A DNA stretch of 64,000 nt, from positions 248,001 to 312,000 of the forward strand of contig JBPGPT010000012.1 in NCBI GenBank assembly GCA_051047955.1, read 5' to 3'. Below, in pieces: positions 21,875 to 35,154 of this stretch. Source of the stretch: Cystobasidiomycetes sp. EMM_F5. Lineage: Eukaryota. The notes under the pieces are model-generated. The model was not told the DNA's origin and searched no databases. It was given only the letters and a program-made list of their open reading frames with translations. Position 1 is the stretch's first letter. Each line of letters begins with the position of its first letter. A program made the translations under genes and the position numbers.

Positions 21875-24470
21875 ATGACTATCGCACACCCACACGGACA
21901 CGGACATCCAGCACGCACACGCAGTCGGGTCAATGTGAACGTGCAGAAGAGTACAGGAGGTAACGGTACTCTGCACCGTAGACCTAGTCCGGCGGGAGTA
22001 AGCAGAGCGAAGAGTGCAATTGCGTCAAGATCAGCTTCGACGAGCGCCCTCCCTAGTCTGGCCATGTCTTCAACTACATCGTCGGCCATGACAAAGACGA
22101 GTTCGGCATCTGCAGCATCAACGGGGATAACAGCAAAGACTAGGACTGCATCGACGGCGACGTTGGTTGACCTATCTGAAGATCGTCCGCACCTGGAGCG
22201 CAGCAACACGTCTACCCTTCTCGACCTGTCACTAGAGAACAACCTCTTCAACCTCCAGTCCAGTACTGCTTCGACATCTACAGCAGCAACGACAATATCC
22301 CCTCGGCCTCTTGCAGGCACGTCTTTGCCCGACCCCGCACGCAGGTTATCGACAGGGCATACCTCTCGCAGACCAGTACATCTGCCATCCGGAACGCCAG
22401 ATGATGTACCAGCCACCCATGTCCCCTTTCAGCCTATATCTCCAACCTCACTCTGCAGTAATGGACCAGCTCCACATCCTCCTCCCCCTTCTCCAGCGTC
22501 TCCAGTCCTTGCCATTCCATCGTCGGTAAAACTTCCTCCTCAACCCAACTCTACTCCCGCAGACCGGTTCTTTCGCACTCATTCCATGCTACGTAGACCA
22601 GATTATGCTACTACGGCACAAGCACCTCTGTCTCCCCCAGTATCGGAAGCGAATGCAAGTGGAGGTGGACATGGCAGTGCCGGTGCCAGTGCCAGTGGCA
22701 TTGGCAATGCGAATGGAAGGGACAGGCAGACGGTGAGAGTACAGTCATCACCCTCGTCATCGTCCGATGCGAGGTCTCGGTCGAAATCGAGGAGCAACGG
22801 ACGAAGAGTGCGCGTCAAGACGCCGTCGACGAGCTATATCGACGAGCATGCAGAGCAGCATTCCTCGCATCAAGCATACAGTACTCGACCAGCAGCAAAA
22901 CACTCGCAGACTCAATTGCAAGTCCAAGCACAGCCGGCTCAAGCGCAGCTCAAGAGGAATAAAAAGTTCTTCTTGTCGAGTCCGACGTCTCTAGATTCAG
23001 ATGAGGATGCGTTTCCAAAAAGCATTCATGGTCGATTAAGTAAGGGTGCGGCTAGCTCGAACCGTACAATGCAGAATGGCGCGCGTGTAGAGGTCGCAGG
23101 ACAGGCGCAAGCATCAGAGGAGATTCAGGATGATGACGATGACGATGCGTACGAGGATGTGGATGACGATGAAGAAGGAGAAGATGACGAATCCGGCTGG
23201 TCGAGCGAGGATGATGACGAGCATGTCGTCGAGCCTCTTCATGCGCAACCACTCGCTACCAAGCGTAATGCAAGCGCGGCTGCCATCCTGTCGAGCATCC
23301 AAAAGGACGCCATCAAACAGGCCAAAAAACAGGCAGAGGAAGAAAAGGACCGCGAAATGTTTGCAAAACGTACGCCTTCACAAGTCAATATTCACCGAAG
23401 TGGTCTATCATACATTTTTGCACCCCTCCCGACACTAGACAGCTCCTACGATACTACTCGACCCGCTTCGGCCGTTCCTGCACACTTGCGCAGCAACAGA
23501 TCGGCAGTGGAGCTGTCGGACGCAAACAACAGAAGGAACAGAAACGCTCCGCATCTTACTGTTCCCGGTGGAAACGGTCGACCGAGAACGCTACAAACCT
23601 CGAAATCAGCAGCGGCAATTCCAACTCTGGCAAATGGGAGCGCGAGACCTGGTCAGTTGCGTCCTACAGCGTCGGGGAATGGTCTTACCCGACTCGGTGG
23701 GATGCCGAGCGGCGTTGAGCTATCCAGCGACGAGGAGGACTCTGAAGATGACGCTCATAACCCGCTGCGAAACAATAGCAAGGTACAGAGTCGGATACGT
23801 GAGCGAAGCCGCGGACGTCATGGCAGTGCTGGATCAAATAGCCAAGGTAGTAGCGGACGTGACTCTTTACCTCGTTCTCTGTCTTCAGCTCAGCGTCTGG
23901 CGGGACTCATGGGTCAGGGCATGGTTCAGACAAGCGACAGCGTCAATGGACGAAGAAACAGCTCATCGCCCACCCTGTCGAGCCATCCGCCTGGCGCACC
24001 AGTCTCAAGTATCGCTCCTCCAGTCGTGACGATGCGAAACGATGTATACGCAACTACCGGCGATGTCATTTTTACGCCTCGCACAACTCGACGACAGATG
24101 CTCGCTTCAGAACTGACGGAGAGTTTACGAACAAACCTACTCATGGAGAGACGGAGTCGTACGGGTCTGGCGATGCCTAATATCGGTGGAATGGTAGCTG
24201 CCGTGGGGAGTCGCTTGACGGGACGCAATAACTCGCCGACGAACGCACAGACCCAAGTCCAGAAGGGTGATGCGAAATTCACAGTATCCCAGGAGGAGAG
24301 GGAGCATTCGTTTCCGTATAAACTGCCACCGCTTCCGCGTCGTCCCTCCCGGTCTACAAGCGAACCGCAAGTCCCGATGTACTACTCCCCTGGCTTTCAC
24401 CATGTGTGAGTGTTTTACCCTTCTCTAAAAGAGTTGTTTGGCTGACGTTGTGCGAATCAGGGGATGGTGA
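21875..24470 (+). CDS. DUF3295-domain protein (Mks1-like family)
   Basis: KKFFL, an acidic tract and TPRTTRRQMLASELTESLRTNLLMER. A terminal intron ending at 24460 yields the family-type C-terminus PGFHHVGW*. Confidence 0.85.
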
Positions 24471-25506
24471 TTTAAAAGGCTCGTGCAGCTCACTGCATAC
24501 TCTACGTACCAGACGCCTGTGTATGCTGCGCACTCGACAGGCGTGGCCGACTTGCAGACGAAGATTTACTTCAACGCACTCGTCAGGCGCTTCACTGTTT
24601 CCCCGTCGTGCACTCTGCAATACTCTGTAGCGGCTTTCACAGTCTCATCAGACCTCTTGCATACCTGTATCAATATCATCCTCGTCTTCGGTCATTTGTA
24701 GCACCTCGTCCGCGAAAAGCAATGGCACAATCAACTGCGTCGATTGGCGACTACAGCATAAGTATACGGACTCGGGCAGTCATCCTTTTGCTTGCACAAA
24801 GCACGAGTCGCTCATTGTCGGCTCTCACGCTATGTACCTTTGCATTGCATTCTACTTTTTCATCTGGTGTATACTTCATAATCTGGGCATTCTTTCTGCG
24901 ATTCATTAGCGATAAAATCAAACAGGCAGTCGCGTTGTACTTTGAACTAGGTCTTTCTTTCTCATTAATACTTGATAATGCGGCAATTCGAGTGTGTCTG
25001 GCTTGTGAACTCGCGCACTTTGGAGATCTGAGACATCCTTTTGAGCTGCGATACTGTAGCGGGGCACCACTCTCCTCTAAATTTACAAATGACACCTTTG
25101 ATGGCTGCTAAGTTGGTCCGCAAGCCCGTTCAAACACTGGCTGCAGTGCACAGCATGGCAGACGCGCTGGGCAGACGCGATGCTAGCTGGTGCACGACGG
25201 TGGCTTGCGAGCGGGAGGCTGACCGCAAATATACACAATAATAAATAAACAGGGCGGCAGGACTGAGGCCAAGCTGAGGCTGGCAGATACTGCTGCAAGA
25301 CGCTGACTATGCTCGTCCCTTGGTCTGCGGCTGATACTCACGCTGACTTCCAGATAACCAGAACTCTAGCTCGAGGTCAAGGTGGAGACTCTGCAGTCGC
25401 AATATTGGTACGCAACGTTCTCGCTCTGCTTAGATGCAACGGCTCATACGTCGCGTACTTCTCAGGTCTCACGTCTTTGACACGTCCCAGGCTGATATAG
25501 CCCACC

Positions 25507-27987
25507 ATGGTCGCTATACGAGCGGCTCACTCGGCCTCATTCGTGAGCGATGATGACGATCTCATTACCAGCACCACGACCAAAACTGCCAAGCACAAGG
25601 GTGCTCACAGTATCGATAAATCTAGCGATGACGATCTATCTTCGAGCGCAACATCCACTGCTTCTCGCAAGGCGAATACATCCTCGACTACTCCACGAAG
25701 AACGCTGACTGTCGGAGCAAATGGACAGACTTCAGAGATCTTTGACATCGCAAAGGGAACAATTCAGTCGACAGAATACAGCTCGTCCATCTCTGCTTCG
25801 CATGCTCTTGCTTCCGCTTCACCGCTCACCGCAAATCCCGCTCCAGCTCAGTCGAAGCTTACCCTCTATGCTGTCATTGCTACGACCAGCATCATTCTAC
25901 TAGCACTCATCGTCGCGCTGAGCATCTTTTGCTACAAACGCAACAAGAGTAAACATGAAGACGACGAAGCATTCCGCTTTGGAAACCGCTGCCGTTCTAG
26001 CAACGTATCGGATTTCAGACCAGGTCAAGGCCCCTCTGCACGTCGCATGCAGCTCTCCGACAGCGATAGCGATATTGCGATCAAAGACTACAATGACGAG
26101 AAGGCGGCTACGGATGCCGGCTATGCTGCAGACCAGCTTTACCCGTACAGACACGCAGAAGGGGCCGTCGTCAATCCTTACACTCCGTATGCTACGGACA
26201 ACTTTGATCAGCAGCCAATGACGCAGGTGGCACCGGTCAACAATGTCCACCAGGCTCCAACTCGTCCACGTCGTCCATCTGTCCAGTACGATTTCACAGT
26301 CGCCACGCCTCCGGTAGCTCACACTCAATCCGCCTGGAATGGTAATCAAGAGACTCAGGATGGACAAGATGCAGATGCCTACCGCAGACATATCCAAGCT
26401 CTTGACCCTTCCACAACCTATGGTCATCGAGCAAATACGGGCGAAGCTCCACTCACTCATTTTGCCACGCCAGCTCCTGTGCCGACTGCCGACTCTGCAC
26501 AGCGTGTACAGGTTACTCGCAAGCCTTCTCAGCCTCGCAAGACAACCAAAAAGGACACAATCATCGTGAGCACTGCGTTTTCATGCCAGGACTTGCAGGA
26601 ATTTATTGACTTATGTACCGCAGGGCTTTGCTGAAAATTACGGAGACATCGCTAGCGATCCAGACGAAACGATGCCTGTTCGGCCATTGACACTTCAAGG
26701 CAGTGCCTCAGTTCTCGAACGACAGCTGTCCGTAAAGAAGCAGGATGCTGCCATTCCGGCAAAATCCCCCGTATTGGGCATCCCTGCCAACATCACCGCT
26801 AGTCTGCGCGATCTGGAACAGGCACTTGATGCTTTTGGCTCGGGTCACGACGAATCTCCTGCAACCGTTACCACCGCTTCCTTCTCGCCCCGGGATATGG
26901 ACAAGACCGCCTCTATCGCAGACTATGGCTATAGAGCACCAAATCGGGTGCAAATCGTAGCCCACACCGATGGTGCAAATGAAAGCAAGACTCAGTACCG
27001 AATTACTCGATCTGGGGCGACTCAGGATGTTGGAGGCCTTGTTCAGAACACTCTCAGCGTCCATTCCAACGCAGCCGAATTCGTCGACATGGAATCCATA
27101 GCAAGTCCTGCTATGCCTGGTGATCCAACCACACACGGCGACGCACATACTATCGCTCGCAAGCCTTCTTTTCGTACGACTGTCAAGAAGACCCAGCCCT
27201 CGGCAGGCCGTCGAATGAGTGTGGCTAGTGCAAGAAGCACTGGAAACAAGCGCGAAAGCTCGCTTGGTGACAGCCGGCTCCAACAGACTCCCTTCCTTCC
27301 TGGCGCAAGTGTGCTGCGCTCTAGCGTTGCTACATCGACAACCAGCTTCTACGATGATGATCGGTCAATGTTTCACCGCGAATCTCAGCCTTTCCAGCTC
27401 GAGAAGGAGCATCGTGTAGCAGAAGCAGTCTCCATCATTTCGTCTCCTACTCCAGCCTACCTCTCGCCGCATCCAACTCACGACATGTCGTTTGCAACAC
27501 GCAGATCTCAGTCGGCATCGGTTGCTGTTGGACAGATTGCGCGCCCTACTCGCAGTCGCACATCGACTCTGCATGGAGTCCAATTGCCCCCTGCGATTGC
27601 CCCTCCTACTTCTACACCTGCTACGCAGCGCAAGCGGACCGAAACTACTGATACTGTCTTTGCTCTCGGAGCCAGTATGCTTCGAGCTTTCCCGGACAGT
27701 CCGCAAGCGTCTCCAAATATGCAAAGCCCAGATCTTCGTATCCATCCACCCAGTCCTTCTCAGGCCTCAGACATCACGCAATTCAGCGTCCCGGATAACA
27801 AGACAACATACGACTATCAGAAGCAGTTGGCAGCCGACGGGTTTGTGCCACTTTCTCAGATGTCGCTCCAGCACAAGACGCATGACCAGTGTGAGTTTAA
27901 TTTCACACATACTTTGCCTGTCCCTAGCTGATGCGTTCATTGGCAGACTATCAGTCTCCCGTTGATGCTGTCATCGGTGATTTCTGA
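25507..27987 (+). CDS. Single-pass membrane protein with S/T-rich N-terminus and long disordered tail
   Basis: TM LYAVIATTSIILLALIVALSIFCY followed by KRNK. An intron joins KKDTII|GFAENYG, and the last exon reads YYQSPVDAVIGDF*. Confidence 0.72.
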
Positions 27988-28213
27988 TCAGTAATGATGA
28001 CCGCACGGTCCCGAGTAGAAGATCTGTAGATGAGTTTCTGACGTTGTACTTCTAGCCATGTTCCTTGTAATCCATAGCTTCATTCCCGCAGCCTCTCTTC
28101 TTGCATCGTCTCGCACAACTTATTTGCACCTCATGGAATTTCTGTACTTCTCCCAATCCCCAACCGTCAGAAGCCATCACCAACGCGCTTGCGAGCTGCA
28201 TCCTGCTTCGTGG

Positions 28214-30166
28214 ATGAATTCGGGGACACCGTTATGCCTTACCCGACAGGCATATCGGTCACTGCGACAATTTGACCCTCATTCGGTATATCGAGCCTAT
28301 GCTGTTTTGCGAGGCGAAGGCACGTCCACAGCCCCCAACACTGTCGACGCCCAGATACGCTCACATATACAACGGAGGCAGCCCGCTTTGGCGTTCAAGA
28401 CATTTGAGGCACGTTTGGCAAACAGTTCAGCTAGGGATCTAGAGCGCAGTATTCTGCTCTTTGACGACAATGGCATAGCAGACAAGCAGAGTTGGATCCT
28501 TCGCGCTTATCAAGCATTCCGCCATGCGAATCATACGCCGACCGTGCGGCTCCTCGAGCGGTTACTTCGCTTGTTTCCAGGTCATATTATGGACGACGGC
28601 GTCATGCAAGGTCAAAAGACTGCTGAATGGTTCAAGGACGAGCGAGCTGTCGTGGCCATGATGAAAGCCCAAGCAAAATTGAGCGGGCCACAAAGCGTGG
28701 AAGAAATATTCATTCTCTACGAGCGATATCTGGCAGACATGGATGGAGGCAGATTGCCTGGCCCGCAAATTTGGGCTACACTGATTCAAGCAAGAGGTAT
28801 GCGCGGGGATCTGAAGGGCGCCGAAGCATGGTTCCGCGTGTGGAGGCTGAGCAAGGAACACCCTTGCATGCTTGATGGCGCATTTACGCCTGCCATCCAA
28901 GAAGCCTCCTCAGTTGCTCGCCGGGAAGTCTTACACAGACCTGTCGAGCAAGCTGTAGGATTTCTCTCGCCTTACTTTTCGAAAAGTCGGACATCCGGTA
29001 AACTACGTCTTGCCGACTTTCCACGACGCGCTCATACGCTAGCCAACGCACCCTTACCCAATCCTTCGCCATACCTCGCCTTACTGCGTTGCGTCATAGA
29101 GCAAAGTCATCGCAGACACCCTTCCGTCTTGGATATGATTCACTTCATGGTCGCCGATCAAGTACAGCTCACTTCAACTGTGCTCAATTTGTGGATGGAC
29201 GTCGAATGGCGCCGAAGGGAAGGGGCTTGGCGCGACTCGACGCTTGCTATATATGACCGCATGCGGCAATCGTCTGATCAAACTTGCCAACCAGACAAGG
29301 TGACATACCTTCGAGTGCTGCGCGCTTACGGGTACGACGCTCTGTCTGCACCAGAAGGTCGGCCATACGTTCCGCCTTTGTGTAGACCCACACAATTAGC
29401 GTCGAAGATCGGGCACAGCAATCCTCCCAGCGACCTTATGCAGAATCCTCGTTCTGTCGTTATCGACATGATTTCGAATGCGAGAACGGTATCTGGTTTG
29501 GATACCAATCTGTTGAACAATGCGCTACACGCCTTTGTGCGCAGCCAGGATTTCGAAGGTGCCGCTGCTATGCTGCCGCTATTTGGACAGTACAAAATTC
29601 GCGCAAACTCGGCCACTCACACCGGCGTGGTCAGCACCCTGACGCATATGCATGCGCTCGGCTTGGCTTTCACAACTCTGCCTGGGCATGCATGGTTCGA
29701 CTCTGAGCAGCGCGAAGCAGTGGATGAAAGGATGAAGCAGCTCGAACTGCTCGATGAGCCTACCCACTTCTCCGCAAGCGATGTTGTGTCGACCCACTCC
29801 TTTCACATTCCGACAGCCGTAGTAGACGAATCGCTCGGGAAGAATGATTTAGCCCACTCTGACAGTGTCACGACTGGGACGGCTTCTGTTTCGCCGTATA
29901 CATGGAATCGAAAAAGCGGTCAACCACGCAAAGAATGGGAACTTCGCGCGACCCGCCGTTACGAATTTCATGATTTCACACAATTAAGAGAGATTCTGTG
30001 GATAGCAAGTCCGGCTTATAATCCCAGGCTCAGGGACTCATGGGACAATGCCGTCCGAAATGTCCGCAAGACCTTATATCCAACACGCAATCGAATCAAC
30101 GCACCCCTTGCAAAGCTGCCGCCGTTACATTATCAGCCATCCCAAAACGCTCAGGAAAAATCATAG
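28214..30166 (+). CDS. Pentatricopeptide-repeat (PPR)-like protein, probably mitochondrial
   Basis: PPR-like helices GPQIWATLIQARGMRGDLKGAEAWF, PDKVTYLRVLRAY and DTNLLNNALHAFVRSQDFEGA. The start could be further upstream (28058). Confidence 0.75.
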   Translation: MNSGTPLCLTRQAYRSLRQFDPHSVYRAYAVLRGEGTSTAPNTVDAQIRSHIQRRQPALAFKTFEARLANSSARDLERSILLFDDNGIADKQSWILRAYQAFRHANHTPTVRLLERLLRLFPGHIMDDGVMQGQKTAEWFKDERAVVAMMKAQAKLSGPQSVEEIFILYERYLADMDGGRLPGPQIWATLIQARGMRGDLKGAEAWFRVWRLSKEHPCMLDGAFTPAIQEASSVARREVLHRPVEQAVGFLSPYFSKSRTSGKLRLADFPRRAHTLANAPLPNPSPYLALLRCVIEQSHRRHPSVLDMIHFMVADQVQLTSTVLNLWMDVEWRRREGAWRDSTLAIYDRMRQSSDQTCQPDKVTYLRVLRAYGYDALSAPEGRPYVPPLCRPTQLASKIGHSNPPSDLMQNPRSVVIDMISNARTVSGLDTNLLNNALHAFVRSQDFEGAAAMLPLFGQYKIRANSATHTGVVSTLTHMHALGLAFTTLPGHAWFDSEQREAVDERMKQLELLDEPTHFSASDVVSTHSFHIPTAVVDESLGKNDLAHSDSVTTGTASVSPYTWNRKSGQPRKEWELRATRRYEFHDFTQLREILWIASPAYNPRLRDSWDNAVRNVRKTLYPTRNRINAPLAKLPPLHYQPSQNAQEKS

Positions 30167-30508
30167 GGTTTTTCAAGAGCGCAGATCAGGGACTTGTTAC
30201 ATACAATCAGAAGCAGTATGTAGCCGTAGAAGATCGGGAAAACCCACTTCTTGTGAATGTTGTCGATCTAAAACAAACCTCTGCTCCGGTGGTCCATGCA
30301 CATGATCACGTAATACGATGTAGTCTCAGCTCGATGATTTGCTCTGCATCAATTCAACCGCGTAACTTTCGTTCTATCTTTTGCACCCACCCATTTCATT
30401 GCTTCACTCTTTAACGGCTGTCGACTTGTTGCATAAACCTGTCACCAAGAATCATGAGCAGAAGGTCCTTCCGGTAGCGCTGTCGAAGGCTCGCCTCGTG
30501 CCGGGCAT

Positions 30509-32041
30509 ATGGTCAACATGGCCTCGCTGTCTGCACGACCGCGAAGGCTGATGACGCCGAACGAACGAGATTGGCAACGCAAGTCGGATTCGGACATGCC
30601 GACTGGATACGCTCTGCCTTTCACGCATATCGCTTCGCCAACATCTGGTCCGCAGATTCTCCTCTCGTCTTCCCTAAATTCCCACAAGTCTCTAAACCGT
30701 AACCGCCGTCGAGCACTGTTGCGAAATCTGGCCAATTCGAGCGCCGTCGCCGCAGCGCTGATCATATTATTGGTGTACATGGGAGCATTCGATGCGAATC
30801 TTCGCTTAGGCTCGCATATTGACCGCTTCACCTTCCAAATTTTGGCGAATGGGGACCCAAAACACAGAGAAGAACTTGTGTATACACGCCCACCAGATTA
30901 TTGGAGATTCATTGCAAATTGGAAAGCACCTTCGTATGAACTCATGTCTAATGTACCGCCCTCACAACGGCCGTGTGACAAGCAAGGGCCATTGCTATTG
31001 TGCGCTGCCAGGACCAATTACAGACACAAAGGCATACTGAAATTTACCTCGTATACAGCATTGGCTTGTTTACCACGCCGCAAGGCGCGGGTCGACGGCA
31101 AATACTGCGCACGCTCTTCAAGCCAGATCTGAATCCGCATGGGTACCGGATAGATTTCAAGTTCATCCTGGGAAGACCTCCAGACGACGACTGGCGATAC
31201 CTTCTCGAGCAAGAAAAGTAATGCTACGCATATGCTTATGTTCTTTCGCTGCAGAAACTGACTTTGTGGCCCGCTTCAGCGAGATGCACGACGACATCGC
31301 CATTCTCGAAGATGTCTTCAAGGACAACATAGACGAGGGGAAGAGTATTGAGTATTTTCGGTGGGCCGTGAAGACACTACCCGATCCCAAGCCGCAATTC
31401 AGTGAATGCCTGTGGTTAATAATCAACCGAGAAGCAAGCTAACTGGTATCGGTACAGTAATGAAACTGGACGACGATACATTCTTGGTAATGCCGAACGT
31501 TATTCGCAATTTTACGACTTTGGATTGTGCAAGATCCGTGTACTGGGGCACGGAACAAGGGGCTGCCAGAGGCGAGCATACCAGCAGTCTTTCCTGAATT
31601 ACTAACGCTGAAGTTATGCCTTCCAGATTTCTTTGGGCCCTACATGCGCGGAATGGGTTACGCGCTTTCCTGGCCGTTGGCTTCCTGGATTGGCACTGCA
31701 AACGTCTCTACGGAGTATGCTACGGGAACGGAGGACGCAAAAATTGGCAAGATGGTTAGCTCGCTTGATCCCGTCAAGGAGCCGGTACAATGGGTCGACC
31801 AGGGTTGGAAAATGGGAGACTGGGATCAGCTGAAAGTCGACGAAAACTTGATAGCTTTCCATTGGCTGAAACAGGATCATTGGGTGCCGATGGTGAAACG
31901 AAAGGCGTCAGTACTTTTCGGTCACGTACCCTTCCTTACTTTGGCTAACATATAACTTCGCTGAACAGGATGAAGGCATTTGCGGATGTTGGTCGAGAAT
32001 ATAGATGGGACTGGGACCGCAATGAAACGATAGGTGTATAA
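30509..32041 (+). CDS. GT31-family (beta-1,3-galactosyltransferase-like) glycosyltransferase
   Basis: TM VAAALIILLVYMG; RRQILR; FKFILG; NIDEGKS; MKLDDDTFL (DxD); YMRGMGYALSW; EDAKIG. Five introns. Confidence 0.88.
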
Positions 32042-32257
32042 AGCAGAATATTGACATCTGATGCATAGAGCGAGACGAGTACTTCTGTACCCCGTAGCCT
32101 CCTGTAGCACGAGTTATTGTCGCCACGAATACTGAATGTCAAAGTATCATGTTGTGAGCTATGCTAAGTGACTGCCATCCTATAGCTACCCGATGCGCGA
32201 CGTTTTATACAAGGATGATATGAGGCACAGCCATGCGATTGTCGAACGTTGTTATTG

Positions 32258-34927
32258 CTACAAGGTAAAGCATGGGTTGAGAGTACTGGCGGTTGCAAGG
32301 ATCGTCCGAGCGACACTAATTTCGTGATCATTCTCTTCAAGCGATGGACTGCCAGCAGGCCCCGCGCTCAGCCGCAGCTGAAGGACTTTCCGCATGAGTT
32401 TAGTGTTCTTGCCGGCCTGTCCGCCGACACCGCCATCATTTGCTTCAGTTGATATCTTGATGAAGAGCTGATTAATCGTTGCTGCTGTAGTTTCGTCGGA
32501 CGGGACAAGGGGTGTCGTCGAGGTTGAGCCACATAATCGGCGCGCAAGACTCCTTGCATCGATAGGGTGCATCTGTCGGATATCGTGTATCGTTTTTACA
32601 GGTAACTGGCGGCACAGACGAGGGAGGAATACCTCCAGCGGGGTACACATACATCCCTCAGTCATGGACGCTAGGTCAAGCCACGGTGGGAAATTGGCTT
32701 CTTGAACGCCGTAAAGTATGGCCATACGAGGCAAGGTTAGCAAAAGCCGCGGCTCATACGCTTCGATATCATCGTTACTGAATAAGCCTTCCCGCAGGGT
32801 ACGATTCAAAGCGTGATCGAGGAGCTCCTGAGAGGTCATGACCGCAACATCATCTCTCTTTTCCTCATATGTCGCCTCCTCACCCAGAGGCGCCATCGAC
32901 CTATACAATTTGTTGGCTTGCTGAATCCGGTCGAGTCGCCGTTGCGTGCGCTGTTTTCGTCGCTCTTTTCGCAAATCCAAATTGTATGAGCGTCTGCGGT
33001 TCGTCTCAGTGATCTTCCAGAGGATGAAGTACATTGAACATACATAGCCTGTCCGAAAGCGCGGTATTCTGCTACGAACGAGTGTACAGCGCTGGCGGCA
33101 CTCTCGGCACAGAGGCTTGCAGGTACCGTGCTTCGTAGAGATAGACACTCCCTTAGCACCAACAGAGGTGATATATACGATTTCGATATTTGCGGAATCT
33201 GGGAAGCACGGCTGTCGTGGCTCGCTGATCCTGGCGCGATGGCACAGCGCAGCTGTCTCCACTGTTGCTGCAAGAGCGTAGCGCGATGCAGCATCTCGTC
33301 GCGGGCCGCAACAGTCGATTCATCAGACAAATCTCCTACTGCCAGACCACACGCCAAAGCTTGCGCAAGGAACAGAACCGATGCACGCAGTTCCAGACGA
33401 TCCACAGGCGGATCTATTGGGAGTGTATCGCAGTATGCTCTGACGTAACGTAGTAGGTCGGACTGCGCTCTCTGCACAGAACTGACGATGTTCCGCGCAT
33501 CATGATTTTCAGTGTCAATGTGACTGAGCATGGGCGAGCTGAATGGGGAGAATCGACGGTCGTGACTTGCGTAGCGCTGCGACGGTGATGTGTCGTCGGG
33601 TAACGACGGAGATGGACTGAGTATGGCGTGCAGGGTTTGAGTCCATCTTCGGACGGTACCGGGCGATTCGGGCTGTGAGGTGCTCGCGTCCCGTGGTGCA
33701 CGAGGCGAGCGGGGCGAGCGGGCAGAAGTGTGGACCGGAGAAGTGGGAAGCATAGTGCTTGGCGATGAGCTGAAAGCTCGGTAAAGTCGGTTTCTGCGCG
33801 CCGGACTTGTAATTGGCGTCGCTGGTTGCGCATATTGCGAGCCAGAAGGTGACCGAGTCACAGACGCATTCACATGAGCGGCTTCTTCTGCAATATCTTC
33901 ACTGGTAGTTTGCGTCGTTATAGGTTGTGTGATGGACTGCGGTGTCAATACGAGTGGAAAGGATGACGATGATAAAAGGGCATCATTGTGGCTCTGTGGG
34001 TCAGACACCGTGTGTATCATATCTGGAGACCAGGGAACTCGTGGATTTGATTTTGCCGCTGTTTCAAGCAGCATGTATGCGAGTCTCAAGCGATGCTCTA
34101 CAATATTCTCAGCTCTTTGCCTTATCATGGAATAGGCACGTAAACTAACCTGCATTGACAATCTCGCGCCATTCAGATGCATCTTGTCCGAGCTTCTTTG
34201 CTATTGACGACGGTGTTGAAGATGCATCGGTAGCGTTGTGAAGCATGCTAGTGGGTGCAGAGAAGACGTCTTCGGGTGCCGCCGCAGCTGTTGATTCAAC
34301 AGACGGGATTGCATAGCACATACCAGAGGAAGGGGATCCCTCAAGACTTGCTTTTGGGGAGAGTATCTTGACTGGAGCAAGTAGATTTGAGTTTGTGCTC
34401 GCTTGATCGTCCGCGGCCTGCGGGGCACTATCTGCCGAAGAAGCGTTGCCGCCACCAGCAAGGGTTTCAGCCCGGGGACGCGCCGTGTTGCATGCATCGG
34501 ATTGACACTTCGTATTCAAATTCTCGAGCCTTCTGTGCGTCTCGCCAGACCCCTCGAGTGGAACCGGATGCGTAGCTGCTACTTGTGCTAATTCTGGCAT
34601 TGACCGACTAGGCGTTCGTTGCAAAGGACGCTTCTCATTCTGCATGATCAATTCTTGACGGCTGCCCTGAAGCTGGCTGGGAGCACTGTCCAAACTCGCC
34701 CCGTCTGTGAGACCCTCCGAGGCTTGACCATCGAGAAAATCTCTCGAGGGGTAACTGACATCTGAAAACAGGTGCGACGCCGGATTTGACGCGACGGTTG
34801 ACGCAGACAGTGGGCGCAAGGAGATCTTGGGACGTGCGAGGAATGAAAGAGGGCCTCTTCGGCCATTCAGAGATCGCGTAGGGCTATCGGGCGCTTGTCT
34901 CGTCTGTGCCGCGTCAACCGGTCGCAT
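32258..34927 (-). CDS. Lst2/ZFYVE28 N-terminal-domain homologue lacking FYVE
   Basis: 3 exons (introns about 34148-34099 and about 33044-32995). Blocks SVLFLAQALACG, ELLDHALNRTLREGLFSNDDIEAYEPRLLLTLPRMAILYG, LARRLC and NQLFIKIS are collinear with animal Lst2 as I recall it. Confidence 0.7.
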
Positions 34928-35154
34928 TTTGGGCTTCTCAGGAAGCGCATTCCACCATTCCGTCAGAGAAGTAGCAGCATCGTACGTTATGTGTGGAGAG
35001 GCATCTGTGACTCAGCCTAGAGAGAATTGGTCGAAGCAGTTTTTGGCTTGAAACTAAGCATTTCGCTGCGTCACGATGTCTCTTCAGCTCCAATACTCTG
35101 AAAACATCAAATAAGCCCCACACTCCCTGAATAAGACTGCCACCCAACACATGC

